This document shows, piece by piece, positions 9,612-20,887 of a DNA stretch of 64,000 nucleotides; the stretch's first letter is position 1, and each line of letters opens with the position of its first letter. Under the pieces are notes generated by a model. It worked only from the letters and a program-made list of their open reading frames with translations. It was not told the origin of the DNA and ran no database searches. A program made the translations under genes and the position numbers. Location: NCBI GenBank assembly GCA_963665665.1, contig OY762428.1, positions 96,001 through 160,000 of the forward strand, in the 5' to 3' direction. Source of the DNA: Candidatus Kapaibacterium sp. (lineage in GTDB: Bacteria > Bacteroidota > Ignavibacteria > Kapaibacteriales > UBA2268).

Positions 9612-11747
9612 ATGAAACGTTTTACTTTAATTTTATGTTTGATATTCTTCGTTTCTATGGAACAGTCAATTTCTAAGGACTTTTTTTGGGTTAATCCTTT
9701 CCCAACATATCAGGATATTAAATCATCATTTTTTGTTGATGCTAACACAGGATATATTGGGGGTTCCAAGGGTTTTGTTATGAAAACAACGAATACCGGC
9801 GAGACATGGACTCAGCTTGCAACAAGTATTGGAGGAGATATTTTATCAATTTTCTTTGTTGATAGCAATACTGGTTTTTTTTCAGGAAGCATAGGAAAGT
9901 TATATAAAACAACCGACGGCGGAAATAGTTTTAGCAAACTAAATATTGATACAGAAAAAGATATTTGTGATATTTATTTTATCGACTCAAAAATTGGTTA
10001 TGTTGCTGGTTTTGACGGTGTTTTTAAGACTACTGATGGTGGAAACACCTGGGTTCTGATCAAAGATGCAAAGACATATAGAGTTTGGTTTATAAATGAA
10101 AGCGTTGGTTTCTATATAACTTCAAGTAATTTCCCATTAATTTATAAAACTACTGACGGTGGAGATACATGGGAAAAAAAAATAAAAGGCCGTTGGACTA
10201 TGTCAATGTATTTTACCGATGAAAATACCGGTTGGGTAGGTTCCTCTTACGGGAATTTTGCTTATACAACCGACCAGGGTGATACATGGGTTGAGAAGGA
10301 TGTAATTGACGGAGATATCAGGGATATTCATTTCTTTGACAAGGACAACGGAATTCTTAGTTGTGATGGCGGTAAGATTTATATGACAAAAAACGGGGGC
10401 GTCACTTGGACGGAAAAAACTTCTAATACTAATGCCGATCTCTGGGCTGTATGGTTTATTGATCAAAATAATGTTATAGCCGGTGGAAATTCAGGAGTTG
10501 TAACGATCAGCAACGATTGCGGTAAGAAATGGAAAGTAATTAATTCAGGCGTATCCGAAGAAATAATTAACGTAGAATTTTCAGGAAATAATACATGGGT
10601 ATTATTTAGTACCGGACTAAATCATGGTATTACCTCTATCAATCAGCTGAAAAGATCAACAGATAATGGCAAGAGTTGGGAAAATTTCAAAATTGGAAAT
10701 TCTATTTCAATATCATTCATTGACTTTATTGATGATAATCTTGGTTATGCCGTTGTTTATTGTGATAATGGAACTACTTTTCCTGATAAAAAAGTATTTG
10801 AAACAACAGACGGCGGAGCTAACTGGAAAGAATCGGAGACATTGTTGTTTCAGGAAAATTCAAATATATTTTTAATTAATAAATCTAAGGCACTGTCATT
10901 TTCAAATTATTCCGGTTATACCTATACAACTGACGGTGGAAATAACTGGAATAACATAACAGGGCTGGAAATTAGCTGGCAATATGATTTTCAGGATTTA
11001 TTCTTTCTGGATGATAACAACGGATGGATAATTAGCGACGAAGGAATATTTTTTACATCTGACGGCGGAGCTAATTGGGAAAACATTTCTTCCCGTGAAG
11101 GAGGAATGATAAGATTTTTTAATAAAGACGAAGGTATAGTTATTAACGGGGAATATTCCGGTGACGGGGAAATATTTTATACTGACGACGGCGGTTATAG
11201 CTGGGCAAAAGTTATTGATGATCTTTCCTACCTTACTTGTATTGAAATTATTGAAGGTAAAGCCTATGCAAGGGCAGGTTCTGGCATGCTAACAAGCCAG
11301 GATAACGGTATTACCTGGGTATTAGAATACAATCTGCATTGCAACAATAAGCTTGAAAAAATATACGGTGTTAAAAAAAGTAATATTTTTGTTAGTGGTA
11401 AAAAAGGCACTTTGTTGTCTAACAATCAATATGAAAGGCCCGGTAATGAGATACTGGTTGGGGTAAATGAAGAAAATATTCAATCACCAAAAAAGGAAAA
11501 TAATTTAAGTGTTTTTCCGAATCCTGCCGGAAATATTTTAAATATTTATTCTCTTTCTCAAAATTCAAATATTAGTCGTATTGAAATTTTTGATTGCAGG
11601 GGAAATCTTGTAAATACGGTATCTGATATTTCTATGGAAAAAGGTGTTATCACAATAGATATTGCCAATTTTAAAAATGGAAGTTATTATTTAAAAACTG
11701 TTTCCAAAAAAGGGAACGAATATATTAATTTTATTATTTATCACTAA
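9612..11747 (+). CDS. YCF48/BNR-repeat beta-propeller protein with T9SS CTD
   Basis: Repeated KTTDGG-TW Asp-boxes; VFPNPA...GSYYL. Confidence 0.85.
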   Translation: MKRFTLILCLIFFVSMEQSISKDFFWVNPFPTYQDIKSSFFVDANTGYIGGSKGFVMKTTNTGETWTQLATSIGGDILSIFFVDSNTGFFSGSIGKLYKTTDGGNSFSKLNIDTEKDICDIYFIDSKIGYVAGFDGVFKTTDGGNTWVLIKDAKTYRVWFINESVGFYITSSNFPLIYKTTDGGDTWEKKIKGRWTMSMYFTDENTGWVGSSYGNFAYTTDQGDTWVEKDVIDGDIRDIHFFDKDNGILSCDGGKIYMTKNGGVTWTEKTSNTNADLWAVWFIDQNNVIAGGNSGVVTISNDCGKKWKVINSGVSEEIINVEFSGNNTWVLFSTGLNHGITSINQLKRSTDNGKSWENFKIGNSISISFIDFIDDNLGYAVVYCDNGTTFPDKKVFETTDGGANWKESETLLFQENSNIFLINKSKALSFSNYSGYTYTTDGGNNWNNITGLEISWQYDFQDLFFLDDNNGWIISDEGIFFTSDGGANWENISSREGGMIRFFNKDEGIVINGEYSGDGEIFYTDDGGYSWAKVIDDLSYLTCIEIIEGKAYARAGSGMLTSQDNGITWVLEYNLHCNNKLEKIYGVKKSNIFVSGKKGTLLSNNQYERPGNEILVGVNEENIQSPKKENNLSVFPNPAGNILNIYSLSQNSNISRIEIFDCRGNLVNTVSDISMEKGVITIDIANFKNGSYYLKTVSKKGNEYINFIIYH

Positions 11748-11762
11748 TTTTTGGGGTTTATA

Positions 11763-12251
11763 ATGTTTAACAAATTTTTGTTATTCCTTGTACTTGCAGT
11801 TTCATTAACATTTATTTCATGTAGCGACGATGATGATAACGGAACCAACAGCTCATCCGGTTATTCAATGACGGCCAAAGTTGACGGTAGTAACTGGGAA
11901 TCAATATCTGCTGTAATGAGTGCAATTAACACACAGGCCGGCCTTGTTATTACAGGATCGACTAATACTTCCGGCAGTGATGTAATATCTCTTACTATTC
12001 CAAGTTATGACGGCAGCACTGGCGAATTCACTGTTGGCGGAATGACTAATCTGAATTATGCCACATACCTTGAATCTGGTTCGAATGCATACGTAACATT
12101 GATGAGAGCCGAGGCTTCAGGAGTAATAAATATTACAGAAGCATCGGATGGAACTATTAAAGGAACATTCAATTTCAATGCTTTTAATACAGGCGGGGAA
12201 GAAGTAAATGTAACTGACGGGAAATTTAATATGAAAATAATCTCCCAATAA
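11763..12251 (+). CDS. Lipoprotein (DUF6252-like)
   Basis: Lipobox FISC-SDDDD; MTAKVDG..W; G-I-GTF-F...VTDGKF. Confidence 0.7.
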   Translation: MFNKFLLFLVLAVSLTFISCSDDDDNGTNSSSGYSMTAKVDGSNWESISAVMSAINTQAGLVITGSTNTSGSDVISLTIPSYDGSTGEFTVGGMTNLNYATYLESGSNAYVTLMRAEASGVINITEASDGTIKGTFNFNAFNTGGEEVNVTDGKFNMKIISQ

Positions 12252-12262
12252 TATAATTATTA

Positions 12263-12291
12263 CGGCAGCCTGAAAATGGCTGCCGCTTTTC
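12263..12291 (+). terminator. Intrinsic terminator
   Basis: CGGCAGCC-N7-GGCTGCCG followed by CTTTT. Confidence 0.65.
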
Positions 12292-12313
12292 TAAAATTTA
12301 ATTTCGGGTTATT

Positions 12314-13564
12314 ATGAAAATTTCAACAAACATATTAAAACTATTCTTAGGCTTTTTAGTATTTTTCCAGGCAGGAAATTTATTTTCAAATATTGTAATC
12401 CCTGAACAACCAACACAATGCTGGGAATTTGCCAACCCTGCCGTAAGAATTATTGCCGGGGATATCGATACCGACGATGTTGATGATTTCACTCTGAAAA
12501 TATCCGGCAAGCCTGATATAACTATTACCGACCGGATTATCAATGATACTGAAAACGGCCAGAAAGAAATATTGCTGATATTATCCAAACTTCCTGCAGG
12601 CGTTTACAACTACGAACTGACTGCCGACGGCGACCAATATTCTGGCAAACTTGAAATATTTGCCCTTCCTGCTAAGTTTATGACTTTTGCAAAATCTATG
12701 CTGCAATTTACTGCCTTTTACGATACAAAAATATTTCTTGAATTCGACAATGCTTTAAAACCTTTCGACAGTCAGAGGAATTATCGAATAAAGCTAAACG
12801 CGGAAGGACTCGGACAGGCCGAATCTATAATAGGTTTAAACACAAGATATATTGATGATCTAACAATATCTCCGCTGGATAAGGATTTAAACCTAAAACT
12901 TGAATGGATGCAGCCATATACCGGAAAAACTTATGAGTTTTTCAGTATTTCGCAGCCTGTTCAGGCTCATGCTCCGGAAGTTAATTCAAGATTGATGTAT
13001 ACCAGCTTTACTCAGCGAGGAAATAAGACGATTATAAAAGTTGATAATATCAAAGTTAATTGGAAGTTCAATTCACCTGAAGATGATAATTTAACCGGAA
13101 GCAGTATACTTAACAATGCAGACCCGTTAATTGTAGATAAAATCCGGCAACTTATAAGATCCGGAGATAAGCAGTCGAAAATCTACAAGATTATCAGCGC
13201 CGAATTTGGAAGAATACCTGATAACCTGCCCGAGATTGTTGAGGAAATTTACAAAGAGGAGCGCGGCATTAAGAAGAAAGACAACGGGTATGATCTGAAA
13301 ATAAAAATTGCCAATATCTTCGTCAGAGAGGGCGAAGTTGAAATTAGTCCGGCAAATTACAGCATCTTTGAAACCGGTCCGGACGAATACGGAATAGATA
13401 TTGCTATTGACAATTCCTATATAAATGACAACGGCAAGATAAGAGCCGACCTTCAGATAGCTATCGAAGCTTCATGCGTCAAAAAAGACAACGGAGTAAA
13501 ATCTGCGGTAATCAAAAAAATACTGCCGATAATTGTAGTTTTCAATTTGAAGCCGGGCGAGTAA
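12314..13564 (+). CDS. Hypothetical secreted protein
   Basis: 416-aa ORF with signal peptide, no recognised domain. Confidence 0.7.
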   Translation: MKISTNILKLFLGFLVFFQAGNLFSNIVIPEQPTQCWEFANPAVRIIAGDIDTDDVDDFTLKISGKPDITITDRIINDTENGQKEILLILSKLPAGVYNYELTADGDQYSGKLEIFALPAKFMTFAKSMLQFTAFYDTKIFLEFDNALKPFDSQRNYRIKLNAEGLGQAESIIGLNTRYIDDLTISPLDKDLNLKLEWMQPYTGKTYEFFSISQPVQAHAPEVNSRLMYTSFTQRGNKTIIKVDNIKVNWKFNSPEDDNLTGSSILNNADPLIVDKIRQLIRSGDKQSKIYKIISAEFGRIPDNLPEIVEEIYKEERGIKKKDNGYDLKIKIANIFVREGEVEISPANYSIFETGPDEYGIDIAIDNSYINDNGKIRADLQIAIEASCVKKDNGVKSAVIKKILPIIVVFNLKPGE

Positions 13565-13603
13565 TTTTTTATCAAAAAATAATTATAAATATTTAGGTGA
13601 ACT

Positions 13604-14098
13604 ATGAAATATATAAAAATTCTATTTGTTTTAGTTGCATGTGTATTTGCTTCTTGTTCTTTCCCTGTTCATAAATACGAGTTAAGAACAAATTGTTCTG
13701 AGGATGCCTCCCGAATTTTCAAACTTGTCGAGCAGGATTTAACATTGAATGATTTTAAAATTGTTGAATCTGATCCAGCATCAGGATTTTTGAAAGCTGT
13801 TTTTACTAATGAAGGAAATCCTCTTGCTTCTGCGGATTTCTTAGGTATCACTAAAGCTGCCGGAATTAGCGTTGAGATAGAAATTTCCTGGATCATAAAT
13901 TATCGAAATGGTAAGATTTCGGCAATGTGTCACTTTATCAGATATAAAAAGGCTCTTGGAGAAAAGAATGTGTCAAAGGAAATTTATTGTGACGACGATA
14001 TTTCAACAAAATATTCCTGGTATTGGGATGTTAGAAATAAACTGGCTTCTCTGTGTGGAGGAAATATACAGATAGTAGAAATTGAAAACGGGAAATAA
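13604..14098 (+). CDS. Hypothetical lipoprotein
   Basis: Lipobox FASC; RBS AGGTG upstream. Confidence 0.7.
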   Translation: MKYIKILFVLVACVFASCSFPVHKYELRTNCSEDASRIFKLVEQDLTLNDFKIVESDPASGFLKAVFTNEGNPLASADFLGITKAAGISVEIEISWIINYRNGKISAMCHFIRYKKALGEKNVSKEIYCDDDISTKYSWYWDVRNKLASLCGGNIQIVEIENGK

Positions 14099-14100
14099 TT

Positions 14101-14961
14101 ATGAGAATATTAATTATCATTTTCACTTTCTTTACGTTTTCAGCAGCTTTTTCGCAGGATATGGTGCTGTATAGAGCAGAATTGAATTCTGATGGGCGAA
14201 TTATTGAAGTGCTTGACCAACCAAATGGCAGGGTATATTTTAAATTACCTGATGGGCAGGAAGTCTATGTAATTTTTGAAAAAGATAATTGGGCAAAGAT
14301 TGAAACCCGACGCCATACCAAAGGATGGATACCAAGGAGGTTTCTGAAAAGATTACCTGCTTCTTACCGTTTCACTGAAGAATTATTTGCTATGAAGGTT
14401 AAGAAAGTCGAATCATTGCCCAAAAGGCCAGCAGTTCAAATTGGTGGACGTGTATCGTATAACGCATCTTCTCTAAGAAATGACGACCATTTGCGAAACC
14501 GAACAACGATATCCGGAGGCTTAACCTTACAATTAAATTTCAATGATAAAACAGCTCTTCAACTTGAGGCTCTGTATAAGCCATTAGGAGCACACGGAAA
14601 AATGAAATCGGTTGATCTTGAAGATGCAAACTTTAAGCTTAATTATATTGCTATGCCATTAACTCTGAAAAATTCAGCCAAACTACTTGGTGGAAATGTT
14701 TATAGCGAATTAGGCGGAAGTGTTCTCTATCTGTTAGATAATGAAGTAACACTTAACAGGGAGCAGGTTGATGTTGACGAATCGGTTTTTAACAAAATTG
14801 ATTATGGTGTAATGTTGGGTATGGGAATTTGTAAAAAGCAATATCATTTCGGATTGAGATTCTATTACGGATTGAACAATGTGTTCGATAAATCGGATTT
14901 CCCCGAAACCAAAAACCTGTACATGACATTGAACTTTGGTTATTTTCTTTTAAACTTGTAG
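14101..14961 (+). CDS. SH3-like domain + outer-membrane beta-barrel (porin/PorT-like) protein
   Basis: WAKI...GWI SH3b motif; LQLEALY, LNYI-MPL, RFYYGL, terminal GYF. Confidence 0.72.
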   Translation: MRILIIIFTFFTFSAAFSQDMVLYRAELNSDGRIIEVLDQPNGRVYFKLPDGQEVYVIFEKDNWAKIETRRHTKGWIPRRFLKRLPASYRFTEELFAMKVKKVESLPKRPAVQIGGRVSYNASSLRNDDHLRNRTTISGGLTLQLNFNDKTALQLEALYKPLGAHGKMKSVDLEDANFKLNYIAMPLTLKNSAKLLGGNVYSELGGSVLYLLDNEVTLNREQVDVDESVFNKIDYGVMLGMGICKKQYHFGLRFYYGLNNVFDKSDFPETKNLYMTLNFGYFLLNL

Positions 14962-14969
14962 GATAGCAA

Positions 14970-15323
14970 ATGAAATATTCAAAATATTTTTTATTTTTAA
15001 TTCTTGCCCTAAGTTTTACTTCTTGCTTTAATTCTGCAAAAATCCAGCGGGACAACAAGGCATTCAAATTGTATATGGATTCATGGCTCGGAGCTCATAT
15101 TTCTGAGGTGCAATTAGCAGAAAACTGGGGCCCGCCCACATCTGTATATGATGATGGCAAAGGTGGAGAAATATATAGTTTCAGACGTTCAATTTCTGAT
15201 GTTTATGTCAGGGAAACCTGGCTTGGCAATTATAAATTAGTAGATAATAGCAGAACGGATTTCTGGGAGTTCTATACAAACGGCTACGGTATTATAATCG
15301 AATACCGTTATGGCAGCGAATAA
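14970..15323 (+). CDS. Small lipoprotein
   Basis: Lipobox FTSC; SWLG...WGPP motif. Confidence 0.7.
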   Translation: MKYSKYFLFLILALSFTSCFNSAKIQRDNKAFKLYMDSWLGAHISEVQLAENWGPPTSVYDDGKGGEIYSFRRSISDVYVRETWLGNYKLVDNSRTDFWEFYTNGYGIIIEYRYGSE

Positions 15324-15341
15324 ATATAATCTGCGTTGAAT

Positions 15342-15381
15342 ATCCTTCTGCTTTAATTCTCTATAGCGGAAGGATTTTTTA
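15342..15381 (+). terminator. Intrinsic terminator
   Basis: ATCCTTCTGCT...AGCGGAAGGAT followed by a T-run. Confidence 0.55.
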
Positions 15382-15488
15382 TAATAATCCTTTCTTTCCG
15401 GATTATCCATGAACTTTTATGCAATTATAGACGATAAATGATATTTAATTTTTAATCAATCATTATTGTATTCTGTAAAGGAACCAAT

Positions 15489-16810
15489 ATAAAACTCTTA
15501 ACAAAAATTAGTTCAATTATTGCCTGTCTTTTTGTATTACATGTCTATGTACGAGCGCAAAGCGCGGATGAAGAATGGAATAAACTGAATGAGGATGCTT
15601 ATGAACTTTACAGTGCAAAAAAGTATGACAGCGCTCTTGTATCGGCGCAGATAGTTCTTGATTTTGCCGAAGAGAATTTCGGGCCTGAGCATCCTAATGT
15701 GGCTGCCAGCCTGGATATATTTGCTCAGATTTACTTTGCACAGGGCGATTATCCCAAAGCTGAGTCCTTCTATAAGCGTTCACTGGCCGTCTTTGATAAG
15801 GCTCTTGGCCCGGAACATCCCGAGGTAGCCATAAGCCTGAATAATCTCGGGTATCTGTATTTTGTCCAGGGCAATTATATTGCTGCCGAACCACTCTACA
15901 AACGTTCGCTGGCCATTAATGAAAAGGCCAATGGCCCTGAGCATCCTAAAGTGGCAACAAGCCTTTTCAACCTTGCTTTGCTATACTACAAACAAAAAAA
16001 GTATGACATCGCAGAACCACTCTACAAACGTTCCATGAGAATCAGAGAGAAGGCTCTCGGCCCGGAACATCGGGATTTGGCGAGGAGCCTGAACAGCCTT
16101 GGATTGGTTTGCTTTCACCAGAAAAAATATAGCGATGGAGAGATATACTATCAACATTCATTGACAATTCTTGAAAAGATAGTCGGCCCGGAACATCCGG
16201 ATGTGGCAATGAGCCTTAATAATCTTGCAGAGCTTTACGCTGCCCAAAGCAACTATGCAAAATCTGAGGAATTTTACAAACGTGCTCTAAAAATCAGGGA
16301 AAAGATTCTCCGCCCGAACCACCCGGATATTGCAACAAGCCTGAATAACCTTGCTGTTCTTTACTATAACCAGGGCGATTACAAAAGTGCAACGCCTCTG
16401 TACCAGCGTTCTCTGATGATTATGGAACAGGTGCTTGGCCCTGAACATCCCGATCTGGCAACAAGTCATAACAATCTGGCTCAGCTCTACGCTGCTCAGG
16501 GTGATTACGAGAATGCGGAAAAGCTCTACAAACGTTCCTCGCTGTAAGAGAAAAAGTATTTGGACCTGATAATTATATCGTGTCCCTAAGCTTGAATAAT
16601 CTGGCGGGACTTTATTACTCGCAAAGCGATTTTGATAAAGCAGAGCCGCTTTTCAAGCGTTCACTCTCTATCAGGGAAAAGGTTCTCGGCCCCGACCATC
16701 CTGATGTAGCAAAAATTCTAAAGAATATTGCGGCTTTGTATAGGGCAACCGGCCGTGTTTCGGAGGCTGATGAATTGGAACAGCGGGCAGATAAAATTCT
16801 GGAGAAATGA
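15489..16810 (+). pseudogene. Kinesin-light-chain-type TPR protein, disrupted (ATA at start position, 1-bp deletion near 16540)
   Basis: LGPEHP-VA-SLNNLA repeats continue across ORFs 15699-16547 and 16580-16810; signal peptide in frame from ATA at 15489. Confidence 0.8.
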
Positions 16811-17173
16811 AATTTGATAAAAGTAGATAAACGCTTGCTTCTTCGGGCAGCAAAACTTATATTGTTAGGGGCAAGTATAATTATAAGGCTTAAAAAACCG
16901 TTCTTAATTATTTCCTACTTCTTCAAATGCTATACAAACCACATTTGAAAAGAATTAAATAATTGAATCTAAAGAATTTGGATTAGTGATTTCATTATAA
17001 AATTTACTATAGTTTTTCAAAAATTATAATTATCAAACACCTTGTTATCTTTTCATCCACCCAAAAATTTTTGTAAATTAGATTAAGTGGAATTTAATCC
17101 TTATGATATATCTTCCAAAGGATTTAGGTATTTTGGATGCGTTGTAAAATGAAACGAAGAACCAGAGGAACAG

Positions 17174-20100
17174 ATGAAAAAAGCAATCATTACATTATTA
17201 CTCCTGCTGCCAATTGCTGCGCAGGCACAATCATTTATAGTTTTTGATATTGACGACACAAACTTTCCTGTAATGCGTGCAAAGTTCTTTGCCTTTGATG
17301 ATTATGGCAAACAACTCAGCAACCTTACCACTTCCGATTTTGAAATTATGGAAAATGGCGAACTGAGGGATGTGATTAGCGTATCATGCCCGGAAACAAA
17401 AGAAGCCCTTGCTATTTCTTCCGTACTGACAATTGATGTATCAGGTTCCATGACTGAGGGAATGAAATTAAATATTGCTAAAGAAGCTGGAAAAGCCTGG
17501 ATTTATGGCCTGCCCCTCGGAAAATCAGAATGTGCAATTACCGCCTTTGACACAAAAAACTATATGCTTCAGGATTTTACAACAAACAGAACAAGACTTA
17601 TAGAAAAATTAAATTCCTTATCGGCAGATGGAGCCACCGATTTTGATGCAGGATTTATAAATCAAATGTCAGGTGCTTTAATTGTTTCAGAAAAGGGTAA
17701 ATATAAAAAGCTTGTAATACTTGTTACTGACGGTTTTGCTGATGGAAATGAAACTGCAATAATTCAAAAAGCTAATGAAATTGGTGCAGCCGTTTACTGT
17801 GTTACAATTGGATTTGAATGCCCTGATGTTTTGAAAAATATTGCCGAACAAACCGGCGGACAATGGTTTGAAAATATCACCTCGGTTGAACAAGCCAAAG
17901 AAACTTATTTGAAAATTCTACAAATCTCCCAGGAAATCGATCCCTGTGAAATTGAGTGGAAAAGCGGAGGTTGTGATTTTGATAAGGAATTTATTGTAAC
18001 GATTCCCGGACAGAGCTTACAAACACAACTTACTTACAAAGTAAATCCTACAGTTCTTCCTCATTTTGAATTTATTCCGTCATCGACCATTCGTTTTGGA
18101 GCTGTTGAACCGGAAACAGGTTTAACTAAGAATGTTAAAATAACTGCTATGGTTGACGATATAATTATTCACGAGGTAAAGACAAATAACAATGAATTTA
18201 AAGTTGTAGATTTTGGAGGCTCGAACCCGCCTTTTACTCTAAATATTGGACAATCCAGAGATTTGGCCATTGAGTTTACCCCATCTGACTCATCAATGCA
18301 ATTCGCAAAAATTGAGCTTGAAAGTAATGCATGTTCCGGCAGGTTCCTTTATTGCAGCGGAGGATACAGAGGAGTAGCTCTAACCAAACCTACACTGAAA
18401 TTAACACACCCAAACGGAGGTGAAGTATTTGTTGCCGGAAGCGATACTATAATAACTTGGGATGGAATTTTGCCTGAGGAAACAGTTCAGATTGAATTCA
18501 GTTCCGATAATGGATTAAACTGGGACACACTTTCCAATAACTCATATAGTCTAAAAGAAATCTGGAATAAAATTGATAAGGTCAGCAGTGATGAATGCCT
18601 GGTAAAAGTAAAACAATTTGGCGATACATCGTTAGCGGAATCGGAGACAATCACACTTGAAGGACATTTCGACCCTGTTTACAGCGTGTGTTACAGCCCG
18701 GACGGCAGTATGATTGCCAGTGGTAGCAGCGACGGAACAATAAAAATTTGGAACATGGAAACAGGTTCTGAAATAAGAACTATAGAAGCTCATTATTATG
18801 ATGTGAATAGTTTGTGTTACAGTACTGATGGCAGCAGGCTCGCCAGCGGCAGTGGAGACGGAAGGATCAAGATTTGGGATCCATATACGGGTACGATGAT
18901 AAAGATGTTTCCTTTACAATCAGGCGGTGTCAAAGCTATCTGTTACAGTCCGGACGGTAAACAAATAGCCAGTGGAAATGATGATAATGAAATCAAAATT
19001 CTTGATTCTGAAACAGGAGATGAAATCAGAGTAATTGAAGGAGAGAATTACAATTATGGAATATTTAGTATCTGTTATAGTCCTGATGGCAAAAGAATTT
19101 CCAGCGGTGGTGAGGATAAGAAGGTAAGAATATGGGATGTAAATACAAGTGAAGAAATTAATACTTTCCACGGACATAGCGGTTTTGTTAAAAGTGTAAG
19201 TTACAATCCTGACGGCAGCAGGATTGCCAGCAGCAGTAATGATAGAACAATTAATATTTACGATGCCAATACGGGAGTAATATTAAAAACACTATCGGGA
19301 CATAGCTCATATGTACAAAGTGTAAGTTACAGTCCGGATGGCAGCAGGATTGCCAGTGGAGGGTATGATGACCTTATCAGGTTATGGGAATCCAACTCCG
19401 GAGAGGAAATTAAAACTCTTTCCGGCCATTCAGATTACATTCGCTGCCTATGCTACAGTCCGGATGGCAGGAGTATTGCCAGTGGAAGCGGGGACGGAAC
19501 AATTAAGATTTGGGATGTTTCAAAATCAATTTTACAGGAAGATCAATCTGATGCCGTTTTTTCTATAGTCATCCCACAGGCTGAAGCACGAAGCATAGAT
19601 ATGGGTAGGGAAATTGTGGGCGAGATGAAGGATTCTCTTTTCGTAGATTTTGTTGTTAATACCGGATCGTATAAGGTAAGGATAGATTCAATATATTTCA
19701 CCGGGGCTGAAGCTGGGGCATTTACGCAGGTTTCAGCATTTCCCGTTTACGAAATTGATGTGGATAAGGCGCAATCCACAGAGTTCAGGTTTATACCAAA
19801 CCGTGTAGGTCTTCATACTGCAAAGCTGAATATAATAACACAGGCTGAAACCCTGGAATATGATATTACTGGCATTGGCGAGGATAGGAAATTGCAGCTT
19901 GCCTGCGAAATCCTTGATTTCGGAGAAGTAGAAATGAGCAATGAAAAAGTAATCTCTGATACTGTCCTTATCAGAAATGTGACCAACCAGCAAATTGATA
20001 TTACAGGTATCAGCCAGCTTGGGCCGGATATGGAGCAGTTCCATATTATCAGCGGCGGCGAGCCTTTTACTCTTGCCCCGAGCGGCGACCACAAAATGAC

Positions 20101-20887
20101 ATTGCAGTTCCTGCCTCAATATGCAGGCAGAACTTCCGGCCAAATTGGATTTGAATACGACGGCGCAGGTAGTCCCGCAAGAGTACAATTATTTGGCACT
20201 GGCAAGGGGGGCCTTGTCTATGCAGCAGACGATTCAGCCTATGCCGGAGACCAGTTCAATATAAAACTAATGCTCGGCAACGTAAAACCGGAAGGCATTG
20301 CCAAACTTGCCACAGATTATGAAGCAACTATCCGTTTCCAGAGAACCCTGCTGGCTCCCTCGGGAAGCATCGACTGGCAAAGCACAGTTGATTCCATTTA
20401 CATAACCATAAAAGGAAAAATCGGCAATACTGTTGAATTATCAGAAATACCGGTCATCGCCTGTCTTGGCAGTACAGAAGAAACTTCAATCGACGTGGTT
20501 GAAATGAACCTGCTTGATGCTTCCGGCAAACCGATAGAATACGAATTTGAAAAACAGAGCGGAATATTCACCCTGCTCGGCGTATGCCGTGAGGGTGGAA
20601 CGAGGCTGATAAACCCTGATGAAGAGGCAGGTATCATCAATATTTCACCCAACCCGGCGGAAAAGAGCCTGAATATTGAAATATCATTGATAGAAGAAGG
20701 ACAAACGGAGCTGTCAATATTCAATTCATTCGGGGAATCAGTTCAAAGCGTATTTTCAGCAAACAACGAAACCACTGGAACAAACAAATTCAAGGCTGAC
20801 ATCAGCAAGCTTGCCAACGGCGTTTATTATGTAATCCTGAAAACACCTAACCAGCATTTTATCGAGAAGGTGTTGGTGATAAGGTAA
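17174..20887 (+). CDS. vWA + Ig-like (choice-of-anchor D type) + WD40 repeat protein with T9SS CTD
   Basis: DVSGSM MIDAS, VTDG; seven GH...YSPDG..IASGS.D-type repeats; ISPNPA...GVYYV. Confidence 0.88.
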   Translation: MKKAIITLLLLLPIAAQAQSFIVFDIDDTNFPVMRAKFFAFDDYGKQLSNLTTSDFEIMENGELRDVISVSCPETKEALAISSVLTIDVSGSMTEGMKLNIAKEAGKAWIYGLPLGKSECAITAFDTKNYMLQDFTTNRTRLIEKLNSLSADGATDFDAGFINQMSGALIVSEKGKYKKLVILVTDGFADGNETAIIQKANEIGAAVYCVTIGFECPDVLKNIAEQTGGQWFENITSVEQAKETYLKILQISQEIDPCEIEWKSGGCDFDKEFIVTIPGQSLQTQLTYKVNPTVLPHFEFIPSSTIRFGAVEPETGLTKNVKITAMVDDIIIHEVKTNNNEFKVVDFGGSNPPFTLNIGQSRDLAIEFTPSDSSMQFAKIELESNACSGRFLYCSGGYRGVALTKPTLKLTHPNGGEVFVAGSDTIITWDGILPEETVQIEFSSDNGLNWDTLSNNSYSLKEIWNKIDKVSSDECLVKVKQFGDTSLAESETITLEGHFDPVYSVCYSPDGSMIASGSSDGTIKIWNMETGSEIRTIEAHYYDVNSLCYSTDGSRLASGSGDGRIKIWDPYTGTMIKMFPLQSGGVKAICYSPDGKQIASGNDDNEIKILDSETGDEIRVIEGENYNYGIFSICYSPDGKRISSGGEDKKVRIWDVNTSEEINTFHGHSGFVKSVSYNPDGSRIASSSNDRTINIYDANTGVILKTLSGHSSYVQSVSYSPDGSRIASGGYDDLIRLWESNSGEEIKTLSGHSDYIRCLCYSPDGRSIASGSGDGTIKIWDVSKSILQEDQSDAVFSIVIPQAEARSIDMGREIVGEMKDSLFVDFVVNTGSYKVRIDSIYFTGAEAGAFTQVSAFPVYEIDVDKAQSTEFRFIPNRVGLHTAKLNIITQAETLEYDITGIGEDRKLQLACEILDFGEVEMSNEKVISDTVLIRNVTNQQIDITGISQLGPDMEQFHIISGGEPFTLAPSGDHKMTLQFLPQYAGRTSGQIGFEYDGAGSPARVQLFGTGKGGLVYAADDSAYAGDQFNIKLMLGNVKPEGIAKLATDYEATIRFQRTLLAPSGSIDWQSTVDSIYITIKGKIGNTVELSEIPVIACLGSTEETSIDVVEMNLLDASGKPIEYEFEKQSGIFTLLGVCREGGTRLINPDEEAGIINISPNPAEKSLNIEISLIEEGQTELSIFNSFGESVQSVFSANNETTGTNKFKADISKLANGVYYVILKTPNQHFIEKVLVIR

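Noticed and set aside
11751-15323. Integron cassette array downstream of the integrase
   Set aside because: No attC-like repeated elements between genes; the integrase has an arm-binding domain and no visible IntI-specific insertion
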